A DNA stretch of 64,000 bases, taken from positions 82,025,794-82,089,793 of the forward strand of contig JAUZTB010000002.1 in NCBI GenBank assembly GCA_034780895.1. The letters are read 5' to 3'. The stretch is from Rhynchobatus australiae. Taxonomy: Eukaryota. Positions within the stretch are counted from its first letter, which is position 1. The number at the start of each line of letters is the position of its first letter. Below are positions 25,790-40,649 of this stretch, piece by piece. The notes below the pieces were generated by a model. The model was not told where the DNA came from. It ran no database searches and saw nothing but the letters and a program-made list of their open reading frames with translations. The position numbers and the translations under genes are program-made.

Positions 25790-28350
25790 GAACACTGCAG
25801 AAAACGGTAGAGAAGCAATGGAAAAGCCACATTTCACAGAGGCAGAAGGAAAGATGTCTACAAATGAGGCCATAGCTAGAAAGTATCTGTATTTGCCACA
25901 TCTATGCACTGAAACATGCAGGCAAGCATGGGAAGAAATAGTGAGTGATTGAATGCTATCCCTAGAAATAAACAAAGCACGATGAAGTTTCTGAAACTAC
26001 TATAGAAAGGAGAAAAACTGCTTGGTTGCATGTACAATTCAGGTAGATCCCACCACCTGATGGGAGCTCAAGAAGAATAAGCATCAAATATGTTCTCCCT
26101 GGAATCTCAGGACTTTATAACACCAGCAGCTAGCTCGTTGGTTCTGGATATCATTATAATAATTACCATTACATTTCAACACTGTGATAAAACAGAATCT
26201 TAAAATATAAAGGCAACAAGGTATGGAATCAGCAACATGTGAACAAATATAGAAGACCCAGATCGTAACTTGTCTGCATTCAGTTTCACCACATTATTCC
26301 TAACAGAAACCAATAACACAACTCCTTATCCTGCAACACCCACCACTGATATCAGCAGAGGAAGGCTGGAAATCATGGTAGCAATATTATCAACATCTAC
26401 ACAATATAAGCACTCACACCTCACTACAGTTACTTAACTGCACCAGGAGGAAAAATATGTAAAGCACTCTACTGGTTCACAATTGACAACATTTAGCTAC
26501 CATACAGCAGAAGTCACAGTATAGTGTGATTATCTACTGGACAAAACTGCTAGGCAGCTTAAGATGTTAGAAGTAGGCAAAACAGACCTACAAACATGCA
26601 GTGGAGCAAACCATGCAGGAACTGCACACTGACATGCATAGTGCACTGGCCTTTTGCTTTACTGGAACAATTCACCATGGAGCTAAGATACGTAATCTTG
26701 TTAACAGTTTGCAATCTAAGCTCACTGAGGGTTTTAACAGCCTTAGTGAGGGATTGCAGACTACACCAACACATGCTTCTATGACATCGGAGCTACAATG
26801 CAAATTGCTCTGATTGTGGCTGTTGTCGACATCAGGGAACTGACCCAACAAAATCTGTGTGCAGAGATAGCAAAATGTTGGGCAATCTTGCTTCCCGATA
26901 GGGTCCTTCAGAAATTAGATAGTATTCACATCCATTGCCAACCACCGTCAAGTCATTTAGGTAGAAGCCTTCCAAAATCAGCAGAGTAACATTTTAGCAT
27001 CTAGAATGAGGACTCTCCAGTTCCTTTCTGTAGCTGAGACTGCATTGAGTGACCTCTGTGTGGTAATTTAAGCAGGAGCCATAAGGCTATCCTCTTTAAA
27101 TGGTATAGGTACTGAACAAGTAATTGCGTTAGTACTACTCAGCTGCATTCTATCTTCCATTAATCCTATGAGTCTCTTACCAAACTGATCTGGATGGCAG
27201 TCCTTCCTCTACAGGCAGTGCCACTAATGGGGATGCAGGAAGATCACAGCCATCAATTCATGCAATTGTTAGGGAGCAGTTCTAAGACAATGAAGTGCCA
27301 CAATTAGAAACTGCAGACACATTATTTTGAAAACAATTGTAAATGTTTACTAGTTTATGACTTTTTATTATTCATTCAAGAAACTGAATTTTTCTATTAA
27401 TCTGTTACATCTAAGTTTTGAGAAGCTTGTCTTTGGTATCTTTTAAGACATTAGTATGAAAATGAGGTAAATGAGGCAAAACATACTTTTAATCAAAAAA
27501 TCAGTTTTATTACATCTGGATAACTCATTATCAAATTCTTTTGGGTGAGAAAGGGAGGGACAGCTTTTAGTGAACAATGAATTATTAAAGTTTGAACTAA
27601 TGTCTCACCATGGTGTCTCCCTGTCTCAGGATATGCGAAGTCCTCTTCATCCACTGCAGGAACACAGCCATTCTTCTCGTATGTCGAGATTAATGCGCTC
27701 CTAGATGGCAATGTTAGGCAGAATCCACAAGGCATACTTTGTGTGGTGAATAATATACAGCATCTCCAGAAGGGTGCAAAACCAAAATGTATTTATTTAA
27801 CAGCTTATATTTGTGTGCCTAGTTATTTCTGTACTCAGCCTAGATTTACAGCAATCCAAAGGTGTAACTCGAAATCCCACCAGTCAAGTAGTGGTTCTTC
27901 CATTCAACTGAGCAGGATGGAAGGCTACCTAAAATTAGGTCATGTGATAACTCAGAGTATGTTTGGTAAAGGAAACATTTGCTATTGACAAATGCCACTA
28001 GATTTGACTGGCTGCACCCATAGTTATGTTCGGGCACTACCAACCCCTGATAATCCTCTGGTAGACCAACAACTGTATTTCAAATGCTTTCTCTGTAGCT
28101 AACTGTTTCTATGCCAGTTTACTGGGTCACAAAGGGACATATTATCAGTGCAATGCCACTGAGTTTCTTCCATCCACCTTTAGGGAGGTTGTCTGTCCAC
28201 AAGGACCCCATTATCACTTGACCACTCAAGGCTGGTTGCACATATTTAACTGCACCAAGTGGGTGGACAAGCAAAGGACAGCATGGTTCACAGACGACAG
28301 TATATAGCTACTGTATAACAGGAGTCAATGATTGAAGCAACTGACTGCAG
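25790..28350. mobile_element. Decayed PIF/Harbinger element: Myb/SANT gene (+, ~25820-27000) convergent with HARBI1-like transposase (-, ~27590-28340)
   Basis: + strand KPHFTEAE..RQAWEEIVS (Myb/SANT-like); - strand FVNSKCF, YSELSHDLIL, AEYRNN*AH, SGDAVYYSPHKV, ILPNIAI (DDE_Tnp_4 motifs). Confidence 0.7.
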
Positions 28351-31139
28351 GACAAAAAATATTATTTAAAATACATAACGTTTCAGGAATTGACTAAGCA
28401 CCTGAAGCTACTAAAAATGAATTAAGACCTTGCGCCGACATTTAACGGACATTGTTTAATATTATTCTGCATATCCAATAAGCAAAACATATTTAATTTC
28501 TGATTGTACTTCAGAATTAACCTTCCTTCTTTCCCACCTCAACCTCAGATCTTCTTTATGCAGCTGACCCCAGTCATCTGTCATGCGGTGGCATAACTGT
28601 TGAACTCAAGACAAATCTGGACTATGTTTTATTGAAAAAAAATCAAAAAATGAAAATTTCATTATTCAAATGACACATATCGTCTACAATTAGTTCAACT
28701 GGGGGATTCAATTTGATAATGGTGACCATTAAGTGACACCTATCAGAAAATATGGCACTCTTAATATCCTCGAAAATTATTCAGAGCTGAAATCAGCTAT
28801 TTCCTATGGCAATTAAATGTATGCACAATAACAGACTGATACACCCTCCTCCCACCTGTTATGAAAGAGATTCATTTTGTGCTTCTTTGTATACATAGAA
28901 CCATTTTCAGTTAAAGATTGTGGATAAATCTAAAGCATACTGAATGAGATGAATGTACATTACTAAATTTGCAACTTTAGCAATATTTAAGAGCTTTCTG
29001 GGGGATTTGAAAGCATTTTCCCTTTGAATCCTTCTCAAAGATTAGGGAAGAACTTAGCTTGGACAAAACTTTTTTATTTTGAATACTACAAATCAAACTC
29101 AAGCAACATCAAAATACAAATCCAGTCACACCAACTGAGCTCCACCTCTTTATTAAAAATTGTAGTACAAAATCTATTTTCCATATGGCATATTCTACCA
29201 AGAGTATAATGTATTTGAAAATAGGAGCTTCTTAAATCCACCAGGCAGAAGGTCTTGGGACCACCCAATAGATAATGAAATCTCCTGGTCCTTAGTCCTG
29301 AAGAAGGTAAACAAACTTTCCACCTGTAATCAGATGAAAGAGAACCAATTCAAAATTCTTGACAGAAACCATTCACCTATTTCTAGCTGAATAAAACCTT
29401 TCGAATAAAATGGCCAATGGCAAGGATGTAAACCTGAAATGGTGCCAACCATCTCTGGTCACCCATGAATTTGGAACACAGGAAGAGCTGAAAGAAATTT
29501 TGCCTCTTGAGTCAAATAGATCATGCTGAGGCCAAAGTTCAATTTGCCATGTACTTTAGTTAAACTACTATAATGTTTAAGTTGTATCCAGGGTTCTATA
29601 GATGATAAAAATGTAGTTTCATTTCTTCCACAAAATACATTTTTTTGGCTTTCAAAATCATCTCAGTGAAGGAGTCCCTTTCAAGCCTGAACAATTTCAA
29701 TAGACTTTACAGCTTGTGAAAAAGATGTAATTTTTCCAATCTAGGTGATATTTTTACATCTCAGTGTCTTTAAGGTAAGGGCACCAGGGTCATAATGCAC
29801 ATTTTCTTCCAGTGAGTTACAGAACCTGCTATGATGAACACCTACCTAATTAAAATATTTTGTATGTATGAAAGACTGTATGCATTTATGTTTAAAAATG
29901 TAATGACCTAGAAACGCAAGCACAGAACTTTTGTTTCCAGTGTTCTGTAATGAAGCCAACTTTACCTGCGGTGAAAAGCAGTGATTGTCATTTACAGGTC
30001 AAACCAGATATTCAATCAGCATTCTCCTGCAGCTGACACAATTTCTGCAACAGTTGTGCAAAGGATTCCCTGTGCAGGGGAAAGTAGGCCAAGTGTCAGT
30101 TCCCCAATCACTGCCCTGGTGTGATTTCTACTCTGAGCCCTCCCACCCCCCAACTATTCCAGGCTTAAACTTTCAATCAGACCCTCTGCCCAGTCCTGAT
30201 GCTTCACTCACCCTCCCATCCTGGCATCCATGTTCAGACAGATAACAATTCCAGGCCCAATCTCTATGCAAGACCCCATGCATCTACACCCCCAAAATAC
30301 TAGCCTCTAACTTTGTTGGCCAACCTGATTGCAGGTCAGAATCCTCAACTCTCTCCTCCTCAAACCTCCAGAGTTTACCTGGGCCCCATGTGGTATACTT
30401 AGGCTTCAGGGACTACTGAAATTTGCTGAGGCACCACAAAACTGGAACATCCATTAGTGCATCACTACTTATCCATTTGGGTGACCAGAATTTCAAGGCA
30501 AATGTTCTATCAGCTTGCTACAACAACATTCAATTCCAAATATTTAAGCCAAAACTTATTCCTTTGTCATTATTAAAACCCATGGTGTAGAAATTCATTC
30601 TTAGTTACTTGTGCTCAATCAATGATTTAGTAGTAGTAAAGCACTGTATTCCATTTCTGAAATCTGATTCTAGATTTCAATGGAACGGAACTGCAGTGGT
30701 GCATCACAACATACAACATGTTATTATACTGCATATTTAGTAAAAGCACCAGAGAATAAATTTCTACTCCACAACCAGTAGATTATCCTTTTGTTGTTTG
30801 TGGGAGTTTATATATTACAGCCATCACTTCATTTCAAAAAATATCTCAATGGGTACAAAGCATTTTGTGACGACCTGTTCAAATTCATTTTTAAAAATCT
30901 ATATTGATAAATATATGCAACATATTGGATGTTATGCAAAGTTTTAGGTCACATCACTGCTAAAGATTCTACAATTTGCATTGAGTTTCTCTCCTAAAAT
31001 TAGATTTCACTGAAGACAACTCTCATGAATAAAATATGCAACCAGGAACAAATTTCCACACCACAGTCTTTCAATTAAGACATAAAATTGAGGCCTCATC
31101 TGCCTTCCCAGATGGACATAAAAATCCTTGAGTTACTGT

Positions 31140-31480
31140 TATAGAATTGTACACCATATAAACAGGCCCTTCGGCCCACTTCTCCTATGCTGACCATCAT
31201 GCCCATCTGTACAATTCCCACTTGCCTGCATTACTTCCACATCTCTTTGTGCTCATTTAAGTACCTGTCCAGATGTCTCCAAAATGTTGTTACTGTTCCT
31301 GGCTCCACTACCTCCTCCTTCCAGATACCAATGATTCTTTGTGTGAAAAATTTACTCTCAGATCCTCTTTAAACATCCTCCCTCTCACCTTAAATCTATG
31401 CACTCTAGTCTTAGACACCCCTACCATGGGAAACAGACACTGGCTATCTACCTTTATCAATGCCTCTCATAATTTTATAT
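31140..31480 (-). mobile_element. CR1 LINE 3' end
   Basis: Same tail family as 8340-8790 and 44670-45105. Confidence 0.85.
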
Positions 31481-32799
31481 ACCTGAGAAAAGCAGAGGTT
31501 TTCTCTCAACATCCCAACTAATGTTTGTCCCACATTCAACATTACTTTATTCAAAAGTCTGGTCATTATCCCAATTCTGTTGTCAGACCCTACATTGCAA
31601 GTCACTGAAATCACTACACTTAAAATATTCCATATGCTGCAAAATATTTTGGGAATGTCCTAAGATAATAAAAAAAATTGAAATAAATGCATGAATATTC
31701 TTTAAAATAAAAGCCCACCGTGATCAATTTCTCTATGAATAACCTATCTTATTTCCCATTTAACTATCAGACAAATAAATTTTAAGCCATAGCATGCCTC
31801 TTGCAAATAACACTTCCCAGCATGCAGCCAAGGAAACTACCCATTTGAAGTTCTGAAGTGGGTTATGGAGGCTCACCACTTTATCTTAGCCATTACTCCT
31901 ACATCCAGTTTTCCTGCTGACCTCAGGTAGAATTTAGGATCAGCAAGCAACAATCAGGGAATTATGGAGCAATTCTGGTACCTCAAATAATATTCAAATT
32001 TTAATTGATTACATGTTTCTTTACTTATGGAATTATACATTAAAACATTTAAACAGGAGTTTTGCCTGACTGTATTAGAATTTTTATTGTATGAACCAAC
32101 TATTTTAAGCTCATTCCCCTTTTTGATCTCCATATTGTTTAAAATTTAATTTAATTTCTCCAATTCCTTTAATTAACAAAAAAATGCCTCATTTCATATT
32201 CCACATCCTAATTATTCCTGGTGTAAAGGATATTTCTCTAACATTCAATTAATTCTTATGATTATCTTCAATTGGTATCCTCTTGGTGTCATTTCACAGA
32301 CCAGTGAAATAGTTAACCATAATTCACTGTCTCATTAACCTGTCAAATCCTGAAAAATTCTATCAAGTAGCATTACTTTCTGAACTTTTGTAAAAAAGGC
32401 ATCAACTCTGAAGCATTACTCATAATTCTATCATCTAGTCAACAAGTTTAACATTACCTCTGCATCTGTGTGTAGTATGAGCTAGATCATTTTCTTTGGT
32501 GTGTAGTCCACCCTCCATTTGCCCCCTGATTTATTTGCTTAACCTGGGGTCAATGAATGATTGTCTCCTGCTGCATCAAGGACCCTGATATAGCATACAG
32601 GCAGCTTCAAAAGTCCAGCTGTGCTTCAATGATGAGAATCTGGAACTTGATACCAGTAAATGCCATTGTTTGCATAAGGTGAAAGGAAAGGATGGAAGGC
32701 TAGGTGGAGAGGCAGAGATATATGGTGGCAGGAGACCTATCGAGTTGATGGCCCATTCCTATGCTGTAAAACCCTGTTTAATTCTAAGGAACTAAAGTT

Positions 32800-33260
32800 T
32801 CTCCTTAATTATTTTATCAACCCTTGTTACTTTATTACTTGAAAATCTCAAATCACCCCTTAATCTTCTCCAGAGAGTGTAACCCTCCCTTGCCTAGCTC
32901 CTCCACACAATCGAAATCCTGCACCCCCAAAACTATTCTGGAAAATCTCCTGTATAGTTTTGCAGTGGTGTTGACTTGTCTCCAAAACTGCAGTGTTTAG
33001 GATTGAACACAATATCACTCCATCTTGGGGCCTTATCTGCAATTTATATGAAGTTTAGTCCTTGCTTTTGTGCACTTAGTCTCTGTCTCTTTACAAAGCA
33101 AAGGAATCTTTATGCTTTTTCTACAGCCTTCTTTTACAGCTGCTTTCAAAAATTTCTGTCCATACATCCTTTGCATTCTCTCTGCTCCATAACCCCAGTT
33201 TGAACTGCACTGTTTATATTTTCATCCTTCTTACCAAAATACTTCAGTGCGTCAACTTTC
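32800..33260 (-). mobile_element. Old CR1 LINE fragment
   Basis: IRPQ..CVQ-like remnants; heavily diverged. Confidence 0.55.
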
Positions 33261-36200
33261 ATCTGCTTTCTGTTACCAGCCTGACTGAGAGGCTGTGTCC
33301 AGCAGCAGTCTGCACATTAAATCTACAATGACATAGTGGGAACTCTGATATCAGATATATACTCTGTGCTATTTTGGATAGGAGCATCGAAGAAAGTTTA
33401 AACCTATAGCTTTAGATATGAATCCAATGGTATTGTCAACAACAGCCTTCAGAAACTTTTGCTGCCACCTTTAACCACAAGTGTATTTGCACAGTATGGT
33501 CCTTTTGCACTAATCCACTATTAAAAGTCTTGCATTTAAACTACTTCCAAACACTATTCTTTTAAAACATATTGCTTCTCAAAATTTCCACCTTATTATC
33601 CAGCTTTCCCATTTCTGATGGCTTTGTTGGTCCATTTACATTCANNNNNNNNNNNNNNNNNNNNNNNNNNNNNNNNNNNNNNNNNNNNNNNNNNNNNNNN
33701 NNNNNNNNNNNNNNNNNNNNNNNNNNNNNNNNNNNNNNNNNNNNNNNNNNNNNNNNNNNNNNNNNNNNNNNNNNNNNNNNNNNNNNNNNNNNNNNNNNNN
33801 NNNNNNNNNNNNNNNNNNNNNNNNNNNNNNNNNNNNNNNNNNNNNNNNNNNNNNNNNNNNNNNNNNNNNNNNNNNNNNNNNNNNNNNNNNNNNNNNNNNN
33901 NNNNNNNNNNNNNNNNNNNNNNNNNNNNNNNNNNNNNNNNNNNNNNNNNNNNNNNNNNNNGAAGAGGGGATTAAAAAAAACCCTCAAAAATTGCAATTTA
34001 TATTTATAAATATAATTTATAAATATATTTAAATTCATATATATAAAAGTCAGTAAAACAAATGACTGAGAAGAAAGATTAGACAAAAATGCCTAGGATA
34101 ATTTATACAGTCTTTTGATGTCAAAAGTCACCCATCAAATAGCATCAAGTTCAAGACAGGATGTTGTAACTAAGGTCTGGCCAAAAATATTTATCCAATT
34201 ACAATTATTGTTTCAGTTAGGCATGAAAGCACTTTTTTTATTTGCTTATACAGCGTATGCTATAGTATGTGAGACTCAGGAGAGAGTATAGACCAAGTTA
34301 AAAAAATGCAAGAAAATGCCATAAAAATGCATCAACTAGAAATATCCAAGAATTTATGGTGGTAATCAGAGAAGAAATTGAAATAAGAGTTTTTATAAAT
34401 TACCAAGAGAAATTTCTGTTTGTAATTAATAATAAAACCTCAAATATTTTACAGCTGATAGTCCTTACTTGAGCTCCATTTAACCCCTAGATGAAAATTG
34501 TTTTCTATACAACATCATGGCCATAATTTTCGAATTGGCAAACCAAATTTTACTTTGCACCTTTACACTTTTTCATATGACATTATATATGCCTATGATT
34601 TTCATTGTAGACACAGATTATCTTGTCATGTGGCATAATCAATAGATCTTCTGAAAATTGACACAGCAAGAGAAGCACAAAGTTATAGCACAAACTGACA
34701 AAAACTTGGTAATTGCGCAATGTCATGTCCCTTTACTGTTTCTCTTTTACATCACCTGAACCTTTTTAACTGTACTGTATAGCTGCACACAGTACACTGA
34801 TCTAAAATATTGCTGGTGATGGGGTAGTGCTAGAAGCTGTTCAAGATGCACATTGAGTAATTTAGAGTATGCAGGAAAAAAGGGGATGGCCAGTGAATAA
34901 TGTGCAAAAGAAATGATTTAGCTTTTTTGTGCAGAGGTCTTTAATTTATATTTGATGCAAATAAGATTCTTAAGGCTGCTGTTGACCTTTTATAAACAAT
35001 GTCAAGATGTTTTCTGCTGTATATTTTTGGAATACAAAGCAAGTTCTGTGTACCTCATGAAGAGATTATTTTCATTCCAAGCAAATTATGTATAGTGTGC
35101 AAAATATGGATATTATAATTAGGGCACAAGCAGATTCCCTGTTTACATTATTAGCAATTATGTAGGTAGGACTGCTTACCATAATGAAAACTGTAATTTC
35201 TTTCCAAAGTGCAAACAACTGACTGAATGATTTCAGCTTACTTGTGCACAGTAAATGTAATTTTATTATTGTGTACAAATAGTTTATTGTTTGTCGATTT
35301 TGATGGCTACCCATCTGCAACTAAGCATGTGTGATGGACAATCTAATTTATTTCATTCTTTTCTTGCCCCCTTTTTATGAAGCCAAGATGTTCCATGGTG
35401 ATAGTTAATCTTTGGTGAATCAATCAAGCACCCACTGTTACTACTGCTGGTCTGTCATCCAACTAGGGAAGACATTACAACCAAGCCAATGTTCATCATC
35501 AGTCATCTAGATTCCAACTATGCTTCCTGCTTTCCAATCAGAAATGGAAACAGTGGGTGATTTATATCTCCCTAACCCAAGGGGGTTTTGGACAATCTTC
35601 ATTATCCTATGAGCCATCAACTCAAAGAATGATACAGAAGTTCTGTTGTAATGTATGTTTCCATAACACAAATTGGATATAATATAGATGAATTATGAAA
35701 CACTATTTATATTACATAGACCAAATTGGTTATAACATGATTGTCTCCCAAGAACACAGGCTCCTAGTTTTACCATGGGACACCATTGACAAGCAATTGC
35801 TTATATTGATACTTATGCAACATACAACCTTTAGTATTTTCAGCCTGAGGTAACAAAATAAATTTATAGCTACTAAAAGCATCTTTATTCTTGAAAATCC
35901 TGCAAGAAAAATAACTTTGTTGTTGCAAGTCTGAAACTCTCTAGCCTGTAATGCCCTTTTTCCTATTGAAACAGTTGTTTTTATAACACGATTTTCTATA
36001 ATGCGAGGTTTCTTAGGAATGCAACTGTTGCATTACAGCAGAACTTCCTGTAATTCAGTCTGGGAGTTCCTCTTTTGTTTGGCTCATGAGCAGACTCGTT
36101 ATTACTATGTCATTTGGATCGGAAATTTTGATTTTTTTTTAACTGGACAACTTGAAGCACATAGAACAGCATTAAAAACAACTATATGTTGATGCCCACA

Positions 36201-36892
36201 TTGAAATATTGGACAGGGAAATTTCATTTGAAAACAAGGAATTACATATGAATATATTAAGCATCCACACTTATTCAATGGCAAATCTAATATAACACAC
36301 AGCATTTTCCTTCATGCAGTTTTCCCAATGATCAACATTTTCCTTTATTATGCTATGAAATGTAAAAATCACCCACTTTACTAGGGTTTACAAATGTGTA
36401 GTTATTATGGACCTTTATATTACTTATTCAGCAGCAGAACTGCTACAGCATCATATACCAATAAATTACTGCAGTTTGCCCTTCATTACCGACATCATCT
36501 TTACTTACTTTTTCCACATCACTATGCATTGAGAGAATTAAATAAATCCAGAGAAAAACAGTAAATGATCAGAATAGCATACAAGTATAACTGTATAGCT
36601 CCAAGCATGGCACAGAACTGATGCGCTAACTAGAGAACACTGGTTCTGGAAGAGACCCAAGAGTGCCATATGGTAAGAGTCAGAGTCCATTATCTGGCAC
36701 TGACTTATAGTCCATATAGTGGAAGGAGAAATGAAGAAAGGAATTAATTGCCAAAGGAAACAGATAGATGGCTGTGTTTAGCAGTACAATGGATTTCTTG
36801 TGACCTCTGACAAAGGTGTATAACCCTTTTCTGTACAAAACATCACAGAACACAACACAGTTATTCAGGATTAGATGTTATAATGATGTCAA

Positions 36893-37312
36893 ATGTGGCT
36901 CAGTACCTGAGTAGTTAAAAGGTTGAGAGTTCAAGTTGTACTCCAGAGATATAAGCACTAAAAGCTAGATGCACAGTCAGTGCAATCATGAGGAAGTGCT
37001 TCATTACCAAGGGTAATGCAGTCCTTTGGATAAAATGTTAAATCAGGCTACATCCATCTATGTGCACATTAAAAAAATCCCATGACACCAGACTGAAGAT
37101 GGCCAAGGGTGTTATCTCCAGTATCCTAGCCAATTTTTATCCTTCAATCAATAACCGCCAAAGCATGTTATTGGGTAATTATCACTTTGTTTATGGCAGC
37201 CTGGTTATGCCAATTGCCTGCCACATTTCCTACACTTCAAAAGCATTTCATTGATTAAAAAAAACACTTTGGAACTTCCTAGCCTGGTGAAAAGCATTAT
37301 ATAAATGGAAGC
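36893..37312 (+). mobile_element. Deu-domain SINE (SacSINE1/AmnSINE1-like), near full length
   Basis: gtggctcagt/gttcaag tRNA-like head, Deu-like core (cctagccaatttttatcc, cacttcaaaagcatttcattg), tail tatataaatg; partial copies near 30780-30880 and 31500-31700. Confidence 0.65.
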
Positions 37313-38589
37313 CCATTCATCCAGCTATGCAGAAAACAGCAACTATTTTAATACCTTAAACTAGGCAACATTTTACTTACTCTATGTCACTTCCTTCCAT
37401 TAGATTGAATTAATCTGGTTGTCAGTTAAACTGAATATTACTTTTGCCTCAACAGATTTGCTCCATTACNNNNNNNNNNNNNNNCGAATCAGTGATTCCA
37501 TTTAAATGGAAGCAAATGCAGGATTTCCATTCATGTATAATCAAATGTACATGTCTGAACACACTGGCTAACAATGTGCTTCATCTCCATGGCAGTCTGC
37601 TTGGATCCAGCACAAGGTTAGACATGGCAAAAGATCTGTGACTCCAATAGGCAATGTAGAACTTCAACTCAACAGGGAAGGAAAGTTTCTTTTGTAATCT
37701 GGTTGTAATTTTGGACATAAAAGAAAATTGTTTGTTAAAATTTTTGATTATTTGCATTTTTTGTACTTTTAACTATTTAATTAATTTCTTTACATTTTAG
37801 ACTTTTAAGTCTTTAAATGACTGAATATCAGAGACCTCTAAAATGTATCATGTGGTCAGTAGTCACAGTTGTCTGGGAGAACTGTGTGCTAACATAATAA
37901 AGTTATTTCTATGGATAAATGAAGAACAGAAAAACAGATGCTGCATAGAAAGGTGAAATGTAACATAGTCAAAACTTTTCCTACCCAGTAACTGATGCAT
38001 CCTTAATAATGAGTGGTGGGTTCCTGTAACACGAAGATGAATTTAGACTTGGAAAACACTTTTAAATGGTTGTTTGCTTGTTGCTTGGCACAAAAACATT
38101 TAATAGTAAACTATTTGGGATTTGAACATGTTACTAACAAAACCAAATTTGGTGACCAGAACCTCAGGTAGCTTTTTAGCTTTATGCCAGTGATCCACAA
38201 CTTTGTGTGAGAAAAACCAAATTGACAATCCAAATCACTTCTGAGAGCCACTTACNNNNNNNNNNNNNNNNNNNNNNNNNNNNNNNNNNNNNNNNNNNNN
38301 NNNNNNNNNNNNNNNNNNNNNNNNNNNNNNNNNNNNNNNNNNNNNNNNNNNNNNNAATCACTTCTGAGAGCCACTTACATGAATATGGATGCCCTGAACC
38401 TGCCAGACTATCTCACCATAGTAATTCTGATTGTTTCTAACATTGTACTCCAGCACTGGACAGCCAACTCATGCAATGTCTCAGTAGTTACTGTAGCAAA
38501 CCTGGATATGAACATTTGCCTGTTAAGGTTCAGCAACAACATTACTTTTTTCCAGACTATTTGAGTTATTCTGAATTCATCCTCGAACC

Positions 38590-39630
38590 ACAGAATGGTT
38601 ACTCCATGAAAGAGGCCATTCAATTCATTGAGTCCATTGTTCTGAAGTAAGAACAATCCAGTTGGTCCCATTTCCCTGCTCCTTCCCCAAAGCCTTGCAA
38701 ATTCTTTCACCTTAGATATCTATCCATCTTTGCAATTGAATCAGCCTTCATTATACCCTTGGCTGTGTACTCCAGACCCTAACCACTTGTTGAATAAAAA
38801 TAATCTACTTATATTACTTTTGATTCCTTTGCCCTTAGTTCTGGATCTATGTCCCTTAGTTCTTGTCGTTTCTGCTAATGGAATAAGTTCTATCTACACT
38901 GTGTAGCTTCTTTAACTATCTCCATTAACTTTCCTCAACATATCCCTTGTTCCAAGAACAACAACCAGTCCACCCATATCCCTCTCCCTTGAATCATTTT
39001 GGTAAATCTCTCCTGCACCCTCCTTAAAGCCTTCACATCTTTCCTGAGGTGTGGCATAAAACTGGGAATAATATCCCAGCTACGGCTGAACGATGGTTTC
39101 ATTAAAGTTCAATATGCAACTTCCTCGCTCTTGTAAATCTGGCATCTATTTCTAAAGCGCGGGATCATGTGTGCTTTTTTAACCACATTCTCAATCTGCC
39201 CTTCAACTTTCAACAATTATTCACATACCCCCACCTTTGTGTTCTTGAAACTCTTTCAAAATTGTGCCCTCTGGTTTATATTTCCTCCTATTCTTCCCAC
39301 GAAAATGTACCACTACACATTTCTCAGCATTAAATTTCATCTGCCGCCTTCTTGCCCATAGCACCATCCTGTTAATACCTCCTTTAAATACATTACCATC
39401 CTCCTCACAGTTCACTACCCAATCAATTTTTGTGTCATCTGCAGATTTGGAAATTGTGTCCTGTACATCCGACCCCAAATCATTTATAATAAGAAAAGCA
39501 GTTGTCCTTTTGCTAGCCCTGGGGAACTCACTGTACTCTTCCTTCCAGTCCAAAATAATCTTTCACTACTACTTCCTGTTACTTAGCCTTTTCTATCCAT
39601 GCAGCCAAAGACTCTTTTATTTCAAAGCTT
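38590..39630 (-). mobile_element. CR1 LINE ORF2 3' fragment
   Basis: INDL..ISKSADDTKI..QMKFNAEKCVVVHF (RT catalytic ADD region). Confidence 0.9.
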
Positions 39631-39649
39631 TAAATCTAGATGACTAGCG

Positions 39650-39995
39650 TATTATGTGCCAACTCAATAAGTTTGTCATCAAGACCTGCTTTAACAATGC
39701 CCAGTTTGTGTTTTGCCGAGTCCACTTGGTTCCACACCTCATCACAGCCTTGATCCAAACATGAACCAAAGAGATGAATTCTTGACACGAGTTGCAACTG
39801 ACTGGCCTTGAAATCCAGGATGCATTTAACCAAATGTGGCATCGAGGAAGCCTGGTAAAGTTAATAAACTCCCAAAGAGGAATTACTCCCAGAGCTGGAG
39901 CCATTCCTCACACATAGGAGGAATGGCTGTTGATATCAATCTTCCCGGCCCTAGGACATCACTGCAGAAATTCCTCAAGGTAGTGTCCTAATATC
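39650..39995 (+). mobile_element. L2/Crack-type LINE RT fragment
   Basis: LITALIQT*TKEMNS..LEIQDAFNQMWHRG resembles LDIKAAFDRVWH. Confidence 0.7.
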
Positions 39996-40649
39996 CTTAA
40001 TCATTTTTAAGTGTTTTGCATGTTTTAATTTTTTTAGTTCAGTTAAATTTTTAACATTTATAATGTAATTTATATTAATAGATTTTGACTATGTTTAATA
40101 TATGCGAAATGTCAGGGATATTCACTGCAGCCCCCACGTACATAACATACCACACTGTAGTATCAGCTGTAACTTTTAATACAATTGTAGCAGGTGTCTA
40201 TTTAATTTATTTACAATAAATTTCAGAATTCCCTTTTTTTTTAATACTGTTTGCATCTGCAACTAGAAAATTTCTTGACTTACTGCCAATTGGCTTTTCT
40301 TGGGAATGGTAACTAATTATAGCAGACAGCTAAAGAACAGTAATCTAAAATTAACAGACACATATGAATAGTGATTGATAATGAAGTCATGATCCAAGTG
40401 TCCAACTGTTTACTTATACAATAAATTAGTAAACCTATGGCTTAATTAGACATTTTGTCACTGCAACATTCTGGTACACAACCATAAATAGACTAGACAA
40501 CTGGAAAACTGTTTCTTGTCTGACATGATTTAAATAATTTTCAGCTTCTATATTCTTTGTACCAAAATAGATAATGTCACAATCCCCCTCTCTGCCACCA
40601 CCCACCCCCACACCCACCCACAATCTACCCTATCTCTTCATCCACCTAC

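Noticed and set aside
36893-36960. tRNA gene
   Set aside because: Degenerate SINE head with no cloverleaf
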